This document shows positions 12,591 through 24,868 of a DNA stretch of 55,403 nucleotides, piece after piece. How positions within the stretch are numbered: position 1 is the stretch's first letter; each line of letters opens with the position of its first letter. The notes beneath the pieces are model-generated. The model was not told where the DNA came from, did not search any database, and saw only the letters and a list, made by a program, of their open reading frames with translations. Both the position numbers and the translations under genes were made by a program. Origin of the DNA: an uncultured virus (IMG/VR IMGVR_UViG_3300022689_000310) (Duplodnaviria; Heunggongvirae; Uroviricota; Caudoviricetes); the IMG/VR virus record IMGVR_UViG_3300022689_000310. The stretch is one strand, 5' to 3'.

Positions 12591-12613
12591 TTTTGATACC
12601 TTCTGTCTATTTC

Positions 12614-13966
12614 CTATTCGTCCAAGATATTATTTAGTTCTCTTATCCATTTATTTATATATTCTTTCTTTTCTGTATATTCTCTAAAATATATTCCATA
12701 TTGATTATCTTCATAATTAATAATTCTTTTACCATTGAAGAAATATATTCCTATTCTACTAGGATCAATATCTATTTCTTCATCTATTAACTTTAAATTA
12801 TTTATCTCTCTTAATCTCTTTATATTATATTTTCCTTCTTCTTTTAATCTATTTAAATGAATATAAATATTTAATGACTCTTTAATAGTATTACTATTCG
12901 TTGTTATTAATAACTTATTGCCATTATTATTATTTATAAATCTAATGAACAACTCTAATAACTTTATCTCATTATTAAAATAAAAGTTATATCCTGATTG
13001 ATCTAAAATTAGAAAGTTATTTATCTCTTTTATCCAATACTTAAAATATAAATATAATATTGATAATTCTTTTACTGTAGATGAACACATATCTAATGGT
13101 ATCTCTAATCTATTACATTTAAATAATACTTGAGGACTATTTGATCCTTTTATAATTATCTCTCCTCCTATTATCTCTTTTAACTTTTCTACTATTTCAT
13201 CCTTTATATATTCTTTATCTTCCCTTAAATCTCTTACTTTATATAACAATTCTTCTATAGGTCTTTTATATTTAACATTATTTTTGCTCTCTATGTATTC
13301 ATAGAAATATTTATAATATTCATTACTAGATGGTAATAGAATACTATTATCTTTATAGTTTAATAGGGTATATAGTAAAGCTTTTAAAACTAAACCTCTA
13401 ATATCATCTAAATCTTTCGTTAGTTTAATTTCTAAATAATTATCATTCTTATATAGTTCTATATTGCTATATATGTTCTCTGAAATAACTACATCTGATC
13501 TCAATATAAGTGAATTGTAACAATAATGAGATCTTAGAAACTGTAAGTCTTTTATATAAAACTCAAATGATGTATTTAAAAGAATAATATCTTTATGTAT
13601 ATTAAGAGTTATATATATTTCTTCTTCTAAGAACTTAGCAAAATCTTTTAATAATACCTGTATAGAATCTAAATAAATTCTTACATTACCTTTATTAGAA
13701 CAATAAATTTCTTCATCTCTATCATCTTTTATAATAAGTCTTTTGCTAATTTCATCTATAAATAACTTTTTCTTATAACCTCTACAAAATTTATTTATTA
13801 CATCTTTATTATAAATAGTCCAAAGTAAACAAGAAATTAAACTCTTTCCACTACTATTTAATCCAATGAATAGATATAAATCTTTATATATATCTATATA
13901 TTCTGTGTTTCCCTGAATAGGTCCTAAGTTTCTTACTAATAATTTCATCTTTTCTCCTTTATACAA
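12614..13966 (-). CDS. ABC-type ATPase (AAA_15/21-like), degenerate Walker B
   Basis: RNLGPI, GLNSSGKS, SSTVKEL signature-like motif, ILDQSG, ITTNS. Confidence 0.75.
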   Translation of the reverse strand: MYKGEKMKLLVRNLGPIQGNTEYIDIYKDLYLFIGLNSSGKSLISCLLWTIYNKDVINKFCRGYKKKLFIDEISKRLIIKDDRDEEIYCSNKGNVRIYLDSIQVLLKDFAKFLEEEIYITLNIHKDIILLNTSFEFYIKDLQFLRSHYCYNSLILRSDVVISENIYSNIELYKNDNYLEIKLTKDLDDIRGLVLKALLYTLLNYKDNSILLPSSNEYYKYFYEYIESKNNVKYKRPIEELLYKVRDLREDKEYIKDEIVEKLKEIIGGEIIIKGSNSPQVLFKCNRLEIPLDMCSSTVKELSILYLYFKYWIKEINNFLILDQSGYNFYFNNEIKLLELFIRFINNNNGNKLLITTNSNTIKESLNIYIHLNRLKEEGKYNIKRLREINNLKLIDEEIDIDPSRIGIYFFNGKRIINYEDNQYGIYFREYTEKKEYINKWIRELNNILDE

Positions 13967-15161
13967 AACTTTTAGTAAGGTTAATCATATGATCTATACG
14001 TCCTTTTCTCCTAAAAGCATCATCTAAATATTCTATAGAATTTACTGTCATTAGTGTAATAATACTCTTACCATATTCTTTTTCTAATTTAGATAATACT
14101 TGAGCTCTTGAAGAATTATCTTCTAAAAAATCTACATCATTTACTAATACACAACATTTCAAACCTTTTATATATAAACTTAAGTCTTTATATCTCTGAT
14201 AATTTAGTATTACTAATATATAACCTTTCTTTCTTAAGACTTGATCATAAAAAGAATAACACCAACAAGTTTTACCTGTTCCTGGAGGACCATATAATAA
14301 AATACCTAATCTACTTATATCTACATTTATATTCTTATAATCTATTTCATAATTATCTAACGGAAATACTTTATTTTTCTTAAACTCTTTATATTCATTT
14401 ATTCTAACTATATTCTTATCATTTGAAGCGTCTAAGACTATAGTTTCTTCTTTAGTTATTTTATTAATTAATCCTTCAAGATCAGAAGTAAATAGTACAT
14501 ATGATTTATCTAGATTTATTTCTGAATTTCCTTTATTATTACATATATTTATATTTATATGTATATTATCTATTTTAGATAATATATATTGATCCTTTAA
14601 TAATAATATGGGAGCTTTTATATCTTTTATTTTCCAATAGTTATTTCTTTCTAAACGATATAATATTTCAGTATTACAAGATTCAGATAGACTTATATGC
14701 ATTATAGTATCTATAATCAATTCACATAAGAAATTATCTATATTATCTGAACTATCACAAGATTCATCGTGACTTAATACATTTTGATTCCTTGCTGCTA
14801 AATTGATAGTTTTTGTAATATTATCTATTTCTTTCGGTTCATCTATATATATATCATAAAAATTATATACTCTATCTTTTACTTCTTCATTAGTAAAGAA
14901 TTCTATAATACTATAAAGTAAATCTTGGGATTTTATATAAGATTTTGTTAATAAAGATATTATATATATAATACTATTTATTCTTATTTTCCTTCTTCTT
15001 TCATCTGTTATATCTCTTAATATCTTGATAATTACTTCTATATAATCTATATCTGCTTCTATTTTTGTAGCTCCATGTTGTATTAAATGAGATTCACTAT
15101 CTAGTACATTATCACTTAATATTATTTGTACTGGTATATATGCTCTTCCCAATCTATACAT
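13959..15161 (-). CDS. AAA+ ATPase
   Basis: LLYGPPGTGKT, LVNDVD, TVN..LDDAFRRKGRID. Confidence 0.85.
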   Translation of the reverse strand: MYRLGRAYIPVQIILSDNVLDSESHLIQHGATKIEADIDYIEVIIKILRDITDERRRKIRINSIIYIISLLTKSYIKSQDLLYSIIEFFTNEEVKDRVYNFYDIYIDEPKEIDNITKTINLAARNQNVLSHDESCDSSDNIDNFLCELIIDTIMHISLSESCNTEILYRLERNNYWKIKDIKAPILLLKDQYILSKIDNIHININICNNKGNSEINLDKSYVLFTSDLEGLINKITKEETIVLDASNDKNIVRINEYKEFKKNKVFPLDNYEIDYKNINVDISRLGILLYGPPGTGKTCWCYSFYDQVLRKKGYILVILNYQRYKDLSLYIKGLKCCVLVNDVDFLEDNSSRAQVLSKLEKEYGKSIITLMTVNSIEYLDDAFRRKGRIDHMINLTKSFV

Positions 15162-15384
15162 TAATTATCTTTCTCCTCATTCCAACAGATTAAATAACGA
15201 TGTACACCTTCTGTTACTCTCATTAGATGTTTTTTTACCTCTTTATTTTTAGTTTGTTCTATTTCCTTACATATTTCTTCTATACACCCTATATTTACTT
15301 CTATATCTATATAAATTCCTTCCTCTTTATTTATACTATTCACCTTTATTATATTTTTTATACCTTTATTTAGTTTTAATTCCA

Positions 15385-15696
15385 TTATTCTAGACTCTCT
15401 ACATATTCTCGACTTAACATGAATAATTGAGACCTCAAACTTTTTCCTAACTCTGATAAGAGTATTGGTGGACCACTATTAGCTTTTGCACATTTAATTC
15501 TATCTTCTATATCAGCTTTCCTATTTCTGTTTATATCTTCTAGTATAATAACTCCTACTTCTTTTCCCGTTCCTAATAAACAGCCAAATCTTGTTCCATT
15601 CTCTGTTATAACTTCATATATTCTACCTTCTTCTCCTATACTTTTCTCTATTCCCAGAAATAATAAAAGTACTATTATTGATCTACTTATCTTCAT
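15385..15696 (-). CDS. Small exported two-Cys protein (paralogue family)
   Basis: Signal-like N-terminus, C...G-hydrophobic...C. Confidence 0.55.
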   Translation of the reverse strand: MKISRSIIVLLLFLGIEKSIGEEGRIYEVITENGTRFGCLLGTGKEVGVIILEDINRNRKADIEDRIKCAKANSGPPILLSELGKSLRSQLFMLSREYVESLE

Positions 15697-15716
15697 TATT
15701 TCTCTTCTTTTATTTC

Positions 15717-15980
15717 TTAATTTTTACTAAACGAATTAATATAGTTTATATATTTTCTATTCATATTTAATACACTTCTTTTCTGTTCATCTGATAATCC
15801 TTTTATATATATATTTTCTGATCTTTCTTCTAAATTGTATATACACTCTATAGATTCTTCTGTTAATGTAATTATTCCTAAATATCCATCTTCATAACAA
15901 AGATAATATCTATTTTGTAAATCCAATATAGGTACTGAATTAATTATTAAACTCAAGCTTACTAAAAGACTTTTCATCAT
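15717..15980 (-). CDS. Small exported two-Cys protein (paralogue family)
   Basis: Signal-like N-terminus, YLC..GYLGIITL..IEC..GLSD. Confidence 0.55.
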   Translation of the reverse strand: MMKSLLVSLSLIINSVPILDLQNRYYLCYEDGYLGIITLTEESIECIYNLEERSENIYIKGLSDEQKRSVLNMNRKYINYINSFSKN

Positions 15981-16735
15981 ATTGGGAATAACTCATTAAA
16001 ATCTTTATCTAATCTATCAAAAAAACCCCTTGGCCAATCTTCTATTATTCCTCCCTCTTTAATTTCTATAAACTGAATAAACCTTTTTCTATTTTTATTA
16101 AAATCTATTAATTTTACCTCCTTTATATTTAAGACTTTTCTTTTTATTTGTATCCTAATACTATTTAAAATGTGAATACTATTTGTCTCTATAAATACTT
16201 TTACTCCCCTTGAAATTAAATAACATATATATACTCCCACTTCTTTCTGTATATCTGGGTGTAGATCATCTTCTATATTTCTTATTAGAACTATATCTCC
16301 TTCATTTAGTTTTAATGTTCTATTTAGTAAAGAACATATTCCATATAAACTTTTATTCTTAAATGTTTTATTTACCTCGGATCTAGTTATCTTATAGAAC
16401 CAATTATATGTATTTTCCTGAGGTATTTCTTCATCTACCATCTGTATATTTGGTATTAGATTTAGATCTCCCTTTATTAAACTTCCTCTTCCACTATCTG
16501 TTCTATATACTATTTCTTTTCCATTAATATTTAGATTAAATATTAATGTATTTGTATAAAAATTACTTATATCTAAATCATATATCTTCTTTATATGTAA
16601 AGCTTTTAAGATATCTATAATTAGATACTTCTCTATATGATTGAACCCAGTAATTATATTTAGATTTGATAATTCTATTATTACTGGATCTTTAAATATA
16701 TTCCTCCCTTCAATCCTAATATTACTTATGCACAT
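15977..16735 (-). CDS. Degenerate ABC-ATPase with DUF3696-like C-terminus
   Basis: ITGFNHIEK (broken Walker A), EDDLHPDIQ, IETNS, DWPRGFFD. Confidence 0.7.
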   Translation of the reverse strand: MCISNIRIEGRNIFKDPVIIELSNLNIITGFNHIEKYLIIDILKALHIKKIYDLDISNFYTNTLIFNLNINGKEIVYRTDSGRGSLIKGDLNLIPNIQMVDEEIPQENTYNWFYKITRSEVNKTFKNKSLYGICSLLNRTLKLNEGDIVLIRNIEDDLHPDIQKEVGVYICYLISRGVKVFIETNSIHILNSIRIQIKRKVLNIKEVKLIDFNKNRKRFIQFIEIKEGGIIEDWPRGFFDRLDKDFNELFPI

Positions 16736-17098
16736 TTATTCTCTCCATTTCAATTCTTCTAGTATTGATTCTAATTCAGACCTCCTAATAAATATTTCGT
16801 AATTAATTTCTTTATCCCTAATACTTATACCTTTAATATATGGTTCTCCTCTATTAGTATTAAATATTTCTATGTCTTCTTTTCTATAAATAATATCATT
16901 ACTTTTATCTTCTAATAATTCATTAAATGTTTTTACCAATTCACTATCTTTTTTTATAATTCTTAATAATTTATTATTAGATAATATTATACTTTCTAGA
17001 GTAAATATTATTTTACAATCTCCATGTAGATATTTATCATACTGATGTTCATTTAATATTTCTATATACTCTTCCCATTTACTTATTTCTATTCTCAT

Positions 17099-18664
17099 TT
17101 AATTATCTTTATTAATAAAGTTTTTTAACTCTTCTATAAAACTTTCTTCATTTACATTTATTTGTTCACCTCTTTTTAAAGATTTTATCTTTATAGTACC
17201 TCTTGAAATATCTTCGGAACCTATTAGAATTAAATAATTAAATCCTGCTTTATTTAATATACCTAACTTATTTTTTAATCTAGCCTTTGTATAGTCAATT
17301 TTATTCTTTATACCATTCTTGTTTAATAAATCACTTATATATAAACTTTTAGATTCTTCTATTTTTCCTATACTTATAATTATAATAGGTTCTTTTTCTT
17401 CAGAAGAATATTTCTCACTTATAATACTTACTATCCTTTCAACTCCCATCGCCCAACCAATTCCTGGTAAGTCAGGACCCCCTAGATCTTTAATTAAGTT
17501 ATTATATCTACCTCCTCCACATAAAGTTTTTTTCTTATAAAATATCTCGAATACTGTATCAGTATAATAATCTATACCTCTTATTAATCTCGGGTTGACT
17601 GTATATTCTACACCTATATCTTTTAATACACTTTTTAATCTATCAAATCTATCTCTAGATACTGTATTGATATATTCATCTATTGTAGGTAAATCATCTA
17701 TTATACTTATAATATATTTATCTTTACTATCTAATATTCTTAATGGGTTTTTATTATATCTGGTTCTAGTTTCTATATCAAAACCCTTTTTGTATTTTTC
17801 TAAAACTTCACTTAACTTTCTATTAAATCTTAATCTATCTATATTACTCCCTATATTATTTATTTCTAATGTTATATTTTCTATTCCTAAACTTTTTAAT
17901 ATACTTATAGCTGATCTTATTACTTCTATATCTAATCTTATATCATCACTACCAATGCATTCCACCCCTAATTGGTTAAACTCCCTACCTCTTCCTCTTT
18001 GGGGTGTTTCATAACGATACATTTTTCCCATATACCAATATTTATTTACTATATCTTTACTTGTATATAAATTATTTTGTATTATTGCTCTCAATACCCC
18101 TAAAGTTCCTTCTGGTCTTAGACATAAATCTCTTCCTCCTCTATCTTTGAATTTATATATTTCCTTTGTAACTATATCCGTATATTCCCCTATATTCCTT
18201 TCATATAAATCAGGTGATTCTAAAATTGGGGTATCTATTCCTTCATATCCTGATATTTCTAATATATCTTTACTCTTTCTTCTTATATCTTCTATAACAT
18301 TAAACTCTTTATGATATATATCTTTTGTCCCCCTCACTCTTCGTATTATTTTATTAGTATTTATCTCTTCTTTATATTCTAATAATTCTTCTAGACTTTT
18401 ATCTATATATATTTCTTCATTATTAATTATATATATCCTTTTATCTTTTACTAATACATTAAAATTATCTCTACTACTTAATAATTTATATTCCTCTTTA
18501 TTTAAATAGTTTTTATTATCTTTTATTAATTCTAATACTCTATATAACTCTTCCTCCATTTCTTTTCCTTCTATTGTTAAACTTATATTCTTTATATTGA
18601 ATATACTTTCTATCTTTTTATAATAATATTTATAATTTTCTATTTCCCTACTTTCCCTCTTCAT
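17099..18664 (-). CDS. hisS: Histidyl-tRNA synthetase with ~105-aa N-terminal extension
   Basis: RGTKD, TPILE, LRPEGT, YRYETPQRGRGREFNQ, RGIDYY, GGGRY, GWAMGVER. Confidence 0.95.
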   Translation of the reverse strand: MKRESREIENYKYYYKKIESIFNIKNISLTIEGKEMEEELYRVLELIKDNKNYLNKEEYKLLSSRDNFNVLVKDKRIYIINNEEIYIDKSLEELLEYKEEINTNKIIRRVRGTKDIYHKEFNVIEDIRRKSKDILEISGYEGIDTPILESPDLYERNIGEYTDIVTKEIYKFKDRGGRDLCLRPEGTLGVLRAIIQNNLYTSKDIVNKYWYMGKMYRYETPQRGRGREFNQLGVECIGSDDIRLDIEVIRSAISILKSLGIENITLEINNIGSNIDRLRFNRKLSEVLEKYKKGFDIETRTRYNKNPLRILDSKDKYIISIIDDLPTIDEYINTVSRDRFDRLKSVLKDIGVEYTVNPRLIRGIDYYTDTVFEIFYKKKTLCGGGRYNNLIKDLGGPDLPGIGWAMGVERIVSIISEKYSSEEKEPIIIISIGKIEESKSLYISDLLNKNGIKNKIDYTKARLKNKLGILNKAGFNYLILIGSEDISRGTIKIKSLKRGEQINVNEESFIEELKNFINKDN

Positions 18665-19662
18665 TTTTATTCTCCTTTTCTCTCTATTTATTCATATCAT
18701 TTTTATTCTATTGGGATATTCTATTGGTATTTCATAAATTTCATTATTATAAAATATCACTATATCTTTCTTTATTCTTCTATCTTTTATAAATATTTGC
18801 ACTCTATATAAATTTATTAATTCTAATATATCTTCATTATTTTCTATTTGTATACTTACTGTTATTTCTTTATCTATTAATATATATATTCCTGTATATC
18901 CCTTGTATCTCTCTTTATCTTTATATTTATAAGGGGCATTATTTATACTTATAGATTCTATATTTACCCTTATTACTTGATTTGATAACCACCCATTATC
19001 TATATCTATTTTTGTACTACTTAAATATAATACTATTCCCTTTATCTCTGTGATATCTTTATACTCATCACTTAAAGTTTTAAGGGCTAAATTAATATCC
19101 ATTCATCTACCACTACCTCTATTTATCATACCCATTGGTCTATCACTACCTCTATTTATCATATCTAGTCTTTTTTGTTAGGAATTTATTATATAGTTCA
19201 TTTCTTTCTTTCTCTGTTATTCTATCTATCCTTTCTTTTGATTTATTTAATAATTTTTCATTTATATTTATTTCATATAAATCATCATACTTTTCATCTA
19301 ATAAATTTAATAAATATAAATCTTCTTCTGCTTTACTTTTATAATTTATAAGATTGTTATTAATTTCTTTTAATTCTTTATCATAATCTTCTAATACTTC
19401 TTTAGACATTATTATTAATTTATCAGACTTTTCTAATGCTTTTTCTAAACTATTTTTATAATAATTATCATTATTATAAAAATCAAGTAAAGTTACTTTA
19501 GAACTTTCCTTAATATTATTTATAGTTTCTATAGTTTCTTTTATTTTATTAACTTTAATTCTTACAGTTACTCCCTTTATATAAAAATGTATTTCTTCTC
19601 TCCTATGCATAAAAAATCTTTCTTTTAAAACACATTTTATTTCTTCATTCATAGACTTTTGT

Positions 19663-20202
19663 TCATTGTTCATTGAAACCATTTTTAGAATAATTATTTG
19701 GGTCTAAATCATCAATACTATTATTAATTAGACTATTATTAATTAGACTATAAATTGTACTCTTTTGTACTTTATCAACCTCTAAAACTTTTCTTATCTT
19801 TTTATAATTGACTTCATCTTGTGAATCTCCTAAATTCATATACTTATTATCTAACTCTTCATTTGAACATAATAATCCTTTTTCATAGAATATATTTCCG
19901 TATACTACTATACTCCCTTCATTAAGATATAATAAGTTAAAAGTAAAATAAGGATATTTACGAGATAAATATTCTATGATTGGTTCTATATCTATATATT
20001 CAGTGATAAAATTAACTGATTGTTTATTATTTTCTTTATACCAATCTATATATATTCTATTATCTATATCTAAATATTCATATCCTGATGATAGTATATT
20101 ACTAAAATTTAACTTCTCACCTTCTCCTATTTCTTTTATTAATTCATTTATTTCTGTTAATTTACCTTCTATTGTTAATCTTTGATATACAATATTAGTC
20201 AT
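19663..20202 (-). CDS. DUF1281/YubB ferredoxin-like protein
   Basis: MTN..QRLTIEG, LNF..I, LSRKYP.FTF.L.Y.NEG pattern. Confidence 0.5.
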   Translation of the reverse strand: MTNIVYQRLTIEGKLTEINELIKEIGEGEKLNFSNILSSGYEYLDIDNRIYIDWYKENNKQSVNFITEYIDIEPIIEYLSRKYPYFTFNLLYLNEGSIVVYGNIFYEKGLLCSNEELDNKYMNLGDSQDEVNYKKIRKVLEVDKVQKSTIYSLINNSLINNSIDDLDPNNYSKNGFNEQ

Positions 20203-20263
20203 CTTATTTATCCTCTTAATTAATCAAACCTCCCTAATAAATAAGGAGGTTATATTATATTTA

Positions 20264-20782
20264 TTATTGTTTTTCAGTTAATATATTATAATTATCTTTT
20301 CCTTTAATCTCTTTAAATATATATTTATTATTATTATCTTCTAATGAACTTAAATTCTTTCCTTTTAGATATATTATTGATCCTAAGTTAAAACAATTTA
20401 TAATATGGCAATTGTTTGTTATACCACAGATCTTCAATCCATTTTCTTTACTTGTGTATAACAAATCTTTTACTAACTCTTCACTTTCTTTCCAATGAAG
20501 GCATTCTCCCAAGTTATCTACTATTACGTTCTTATCTTTCTGATTACATATATCTTCTAATAATCTTTTCCTTCTACTTAAAGAATTATTCTTTAAGTCA
20601 TCTTCTTCATAATACAAATAATCTATATAATATCCAAATAATTTCTTATGCACTTCTGTCTCTAATTTCTGTCTATTAAATAGTTTAGTCTTTCCTATAT
20701 TATGTTCCCCTGTTAATAATATTACCTCATTTTCTTCTAATAGTTTTTCTAATATCTTGAGACAAGAAGTGTATTTATCCAT
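20264..20782 (-). CDS. Short P-loop ATPase-like protein
   Basis: GEHNIGKT, IVDNLGECLH, ITNN. Confidence 0.6.
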   Translation of the reverse strand: MDKYTSCLKILEKLLEENEVILLTGEHNIGKTKLFNRQKLETEVHKKLFGYYIDYLYYEEDDLKNNSLSRRKRLLEDICNQKDKNVIVDNLGECLHWKESEELVKDLLYTSKENGLKICGITNNCHIINCFNLGSIIYLKGKNLSSLEDNNNKYIFKEIKGKDNYNILTEKQ

Positions 20783-22782
20783 TATCTTTTTTCTTAATTA
20801 TTTTTTTTACTTCTGAAAAAGATTTTAACGTGATATTAAATATATGCTTCTAACCTTTCATAAATATTATCATTATCTTATTTAGGATTAGATATACAAT
20901 ATTAAATATTTCTTATTTTCTTATCCAATTTACTTTATTTATATTTCAATTTAAACTATTTATAATATGTATAAATGTAAATATAAATACCGATACACTA
21001 GAAATTGTTATAATAATTATTCCATAAATAATTGTTTCTAATGTTAAATATAAGTCTTCTATATTTTCTATATCTTTTTTTATAAACTTTAAAACATTAT
21101 TCATCTTATACTTTTTATTATTCAACCAAAGAATTTATCAAGTAGATTAAATAAAATATTATCATTAGGAGAATTTTCTTTACCTACAGTTAACTTTACA
21201 GCTAATAATTCACTTACTGAATGTATATTACATTGATCTACTTCATTAGGTATTAATCTTTGAAAAGTATAAGTAATTATAGATTCACTCATATCTACAT
21301 GTTTTATACTAAATCCTTCTCCTCCCATAAAATTTAGTAAATCAGCTAAACTACATTCATTCTTAGTTTCTATTTTTCTCCCATTTATATATACTATATT
21401 TATTTGGTCATCTTTATTTTCTTTTAATTCAACTTTTAATATAGCAAACTCATATCTTTTCTTTCTACTATTATTATCTGATTTATTCATAATAACATCT
21501 TATTCCTTAGTTAATAAATATGGAGAGGTTCATTTGACCTCCCCTATTTATTTTTCTTTTATTGTTCTATACCAAATTCTTTTAATATACAACTAACAAT
21601 ACTTCGGTGATAAATATTATCTTCTTCATAATAATAACCTTCATAATTAAAAGAATTATCTGTCACTATTCTACCTGGTGTTATATATTGAAGATTACAA
21701 TTTTCACTATCACTAACCATTATAATATATTGAATATCTATATCTAGATCTTTAAAATCTTTCCTTAATATAGAGATAATAAAATCCGGATAACATGGTA
21801 CTGTCAGTAATAAATATTCTTTATTTTCATCTTCAGAATACTTCCAATCTTGTTTAATTGAACTTCTAAGTAATTTATAAGTATCTTTCCATTCTTTTTC
21901 ACTTATAAAACGATATTGATCTATTTTATCAGGTGAATGAAAATATTTAGATTCAGGTCTTTTATATTTAATATTTAAATATTCCTCTATACTCTTTGAC
22001 CTTTGTTCATAAGTTTGACCTTCAAAAAGAAAGTCAGTTAAAACACAATTACTCTCCATTTCTTTTCTAACTTTTGATATCTTATTTCTTCTTGCTTCAG
22101 GTATTTCTATAATATCTAAATTTATATTCTTAGGTTTATATAAACATCGTTTTAATTTAATTAGATCCTCATTTCTCCGACACTTAAATTTTATTAAAGT
22201 TATCATATCCATGTAATTCTTACCTCCTTTTTTATTTCTCCTTACAGAATATCTAATATATATTCTCTACTATATATTCTCCTCCAGGATTAAATATATG
22301 TCTTCCTAAAGAATCACGTCCATAAAATACTATACTATCTATATTTAATAATTCCATTTTCAATACTTCTTTATTTATTATTGAAAATGGGTAATTATCT
22401 TTATTTTCTTTTAATAAAATTTCACTAGTCTTCATTAACAAATAAGACCATAATAAAGCAATACTTTTTGTATTTATAGGAACATATCTCTTTTCATCTT
22501 GTATATATTCATATAAATCATTTATTTTGTAAGGAGTATTAATTCTATTAAATATATGTTCTAATTCTTTATTTTTGTAGAAATCTTTTATTATCAAGTT
22601 GTATCGTTCAGATAAATAATGTATTTCTCTTATCGACTCTACGTTCATATTACTCTTAAATATATATCTATCACAGACCCCTCCATAATCTTTTGACCAA
22701 TCTCCTATTGGTAATTCTATAAATACTGTATCTTTCTCTATCATTCTTCTAAAATCTTTCTCTCTTCTTAAACATTATATTT

Positions 22783-23688
22783 TTATGTCTTTGAGAATCC
22801 CTTTATCTTTATCTTCTCATTTATTTTATCAGAAATGTTTGAATGTCTAATTAAATTTAATTCTCTCATTTTATTTATGTTATAAGTCCAAGGGACCGAA
22901 GAGATAATACAACATATAAAAGAGAATATTGAAGAAGGACTTAAGAGGATTGTATCAATATCAATATCTTGTTCATTTAACTTTAAAGATATTTTTATTA
23001 AGTTTTTCCATATTTTATCTTCTTCTAATTCTAATAAATATAAAAATACTTCTTTAGTTGTACTTATATGTAATTCTTTATTAAAATCTTTATCTAACAA
23101 AGGTGTTTTAGATTTCCAGAATTTAAATAATAAATATTGATTTATATACCTCTTGTAATTAGTTAAAGTTATTATTTTTACTGTTTCAATGTTTTTTTCT
23201 AATACTCTATTTAGACCCTCAATAAATATTTCCTCTTTATTAATACTATCCCTTAACATCTTTCTTAACTTCTTAGGTAATCTGTTAAAATGTTTTTTAT
23301 ATAGCGGTTTTGAATATGTTGTATTTATATCCTTTAATATCTTTATATAATCTATATTTATATCTTCATCTGTATAACTTATTATATTCCATAAATTCTG
23401 TATAAAAAATTGCTTTCTTTGGTTTCTTAATTTCTTTAAAGATATATTTAATTCTTCCTTTCCTTTCTTTGTTTTTGATCTTAATTCACATTCAATATAC
23501 TCTTTATCTCTTTTAAAATGACTAAAATGCGCTTTTACAATTCCTCCATTCTTCTTCTTATATCCTTTCTTTAAAAATACATTCCCTTTACAACATGGAC
23601 ATATTAATAATAAATCCTTATAAGATTCATAATTACATATCTCTGAATCTACCTCTACTAAATTTGTTATCGACCATGCTTTTTGCAC
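22783..23688 (-). CDS. CoiA-N-like zinc-finger protein (paralogue 1)
   Basis: LICPCCKGNVFLK...HFSH...C. Confidence 0.6.
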   Translation of the reverse strand: MQKAWSITNLVEVDSEICNYESYKDLLLICPCCKGNVFLKKGYKKKNGGIVKAHFSHFKRDKEYIECELRSKTKKGKEELNISLKKLRNQRKQFFIQNLWNIISYTDEDINIDYIKILKDINTTYSKPLYKKHFNRLPKKLRKMLRDSINKEEIFIEGLNRVLEKNIETVKIITLTNYKRYINQYLLFKFWKSKTPLLDKDFNKELHISTTKEVFLYLLELEEDKIWKNLIKISLKLNEQDIDIDTILLSPSSIFSFICCIISSVPWTYNINKMRELNLIRHSNISDKINEKIKIKGFSKT

Positions 23689-23715
23689 ATCTATATCCTC
23701 TTAATTAGAAACTTT

Positions 23716-24351
23716 TTATAGATATTCTTTCTTATTTAAATATCTCTTTGAAAATACTGAGTTTATCATTCCTTCTCTCTTTAATATTAATTCATTAATT
23801 ATCCACTCTAATATCTTTCTTTTATTCTTTGTACTTGTACTTATACTATTTTCTATTACTACTTTATATAATATATCTACTGTAATTTCTATAACTTTTT
23901 CTTTCTCTTCATTCTTTAAATAATATACAATTTCTATACATTCTTTGTATACATTTATACAATCTTCTATTGACTTATATTCACTTATTTTGTGTTTATT
24001 ACATTCTTGATATATATCTCTTAATATATCTAAACATTCTTCTAACTCCTCTTCATTAATTTCATCTATTAAATTTATATCATCATATATATCTACAAAT
24101 ATACTTATTATTTTTTCAAATATTTTATTCTCTGTATTTTTTGATATTATCTTTTCTTGATCTATCATCAAGTTTAATAATATATATATACATGATTCTT
24201 TGTACTCACCTTTTATGAATACTGCTCTTATCAAACAAGTTATATCTTCCTTTAAGTTTTTCTTTTCAATCCCCTTTTCATGTATCTCTAAGTATTTACT
24301 CTTTAATATCTTCTTGGAAAGATTACTTAATTCTTCATTGTTTTCAAGCAT
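23716..24351 (-). CDS. Hypothetical helical protein, paralogue of 39571..40194
   Basis: Shared C-terminal R.IL.WII.ELI...S.F...YL. Confidence 0.55.
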   Translation of the reverse strand: MLENNEELSNLSKKILKSKYLEIHEKGIEKKNLKEDITCLIRAVFIKGEYKESCIYILLNLMIDQEKIISKNTENKIFEKIISIFVDIYDDINLIDEINEEELEECLDILRDIYQECNKHKISEYKSIEDCINVYKECIEIVYYLKNEEKEKVIEITVDILYKVVIENSISTSTKNKRKILEWIINELILKREGMINSVFSKRYLNKKEYL

Positions 24352-24868
24352 TTCTTAATCCTTTCTTAAGGAAGATATAACTTTTTTTGATTCTTATTTT
24401 TATTGAATCTTAAGTTATTAATTGTTTATATTCTACTTTATCTAGTATATCTAATAATAATAAATATTCATTATATATATCATATATACATTTAAATCTA
24501 AGACTGATTATACTATTATCTTCCTTTAAAGCATTTATAGTTCTATTATCTATAATTATTCTTATATTATTAGTATTCCTATATAATATTCTACTCTCGA
24601 GAATTACTTTTCCTTTGAAATTATTTTCTTTATATTGATTATATTTGAAAATAAAACCTACTTCTTTTAGTCTTTTAATTATTATTTTTATCCATTCTGT
24701 CTCTTTTTTTATATCAAATATATATATAGCTAATAGATATTCAACTTCTACTTCTTTTTTAGAAATGTCTGCTATATTATATATCTCTACTCCCCTTGAC
24801 TTTAATATATTAATAAAAGAATTCCTATCCCCTTTTATGGATAACATTTATATAATCTCCTTCCATTA

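Noticed and set aside
19111..19163. 20-bp direct repeat CACTACCTCTATTTATCATA containing CTACCTC as in array B
   Set aside because: Local duplication of a stop/SD region; lacks the array B stem
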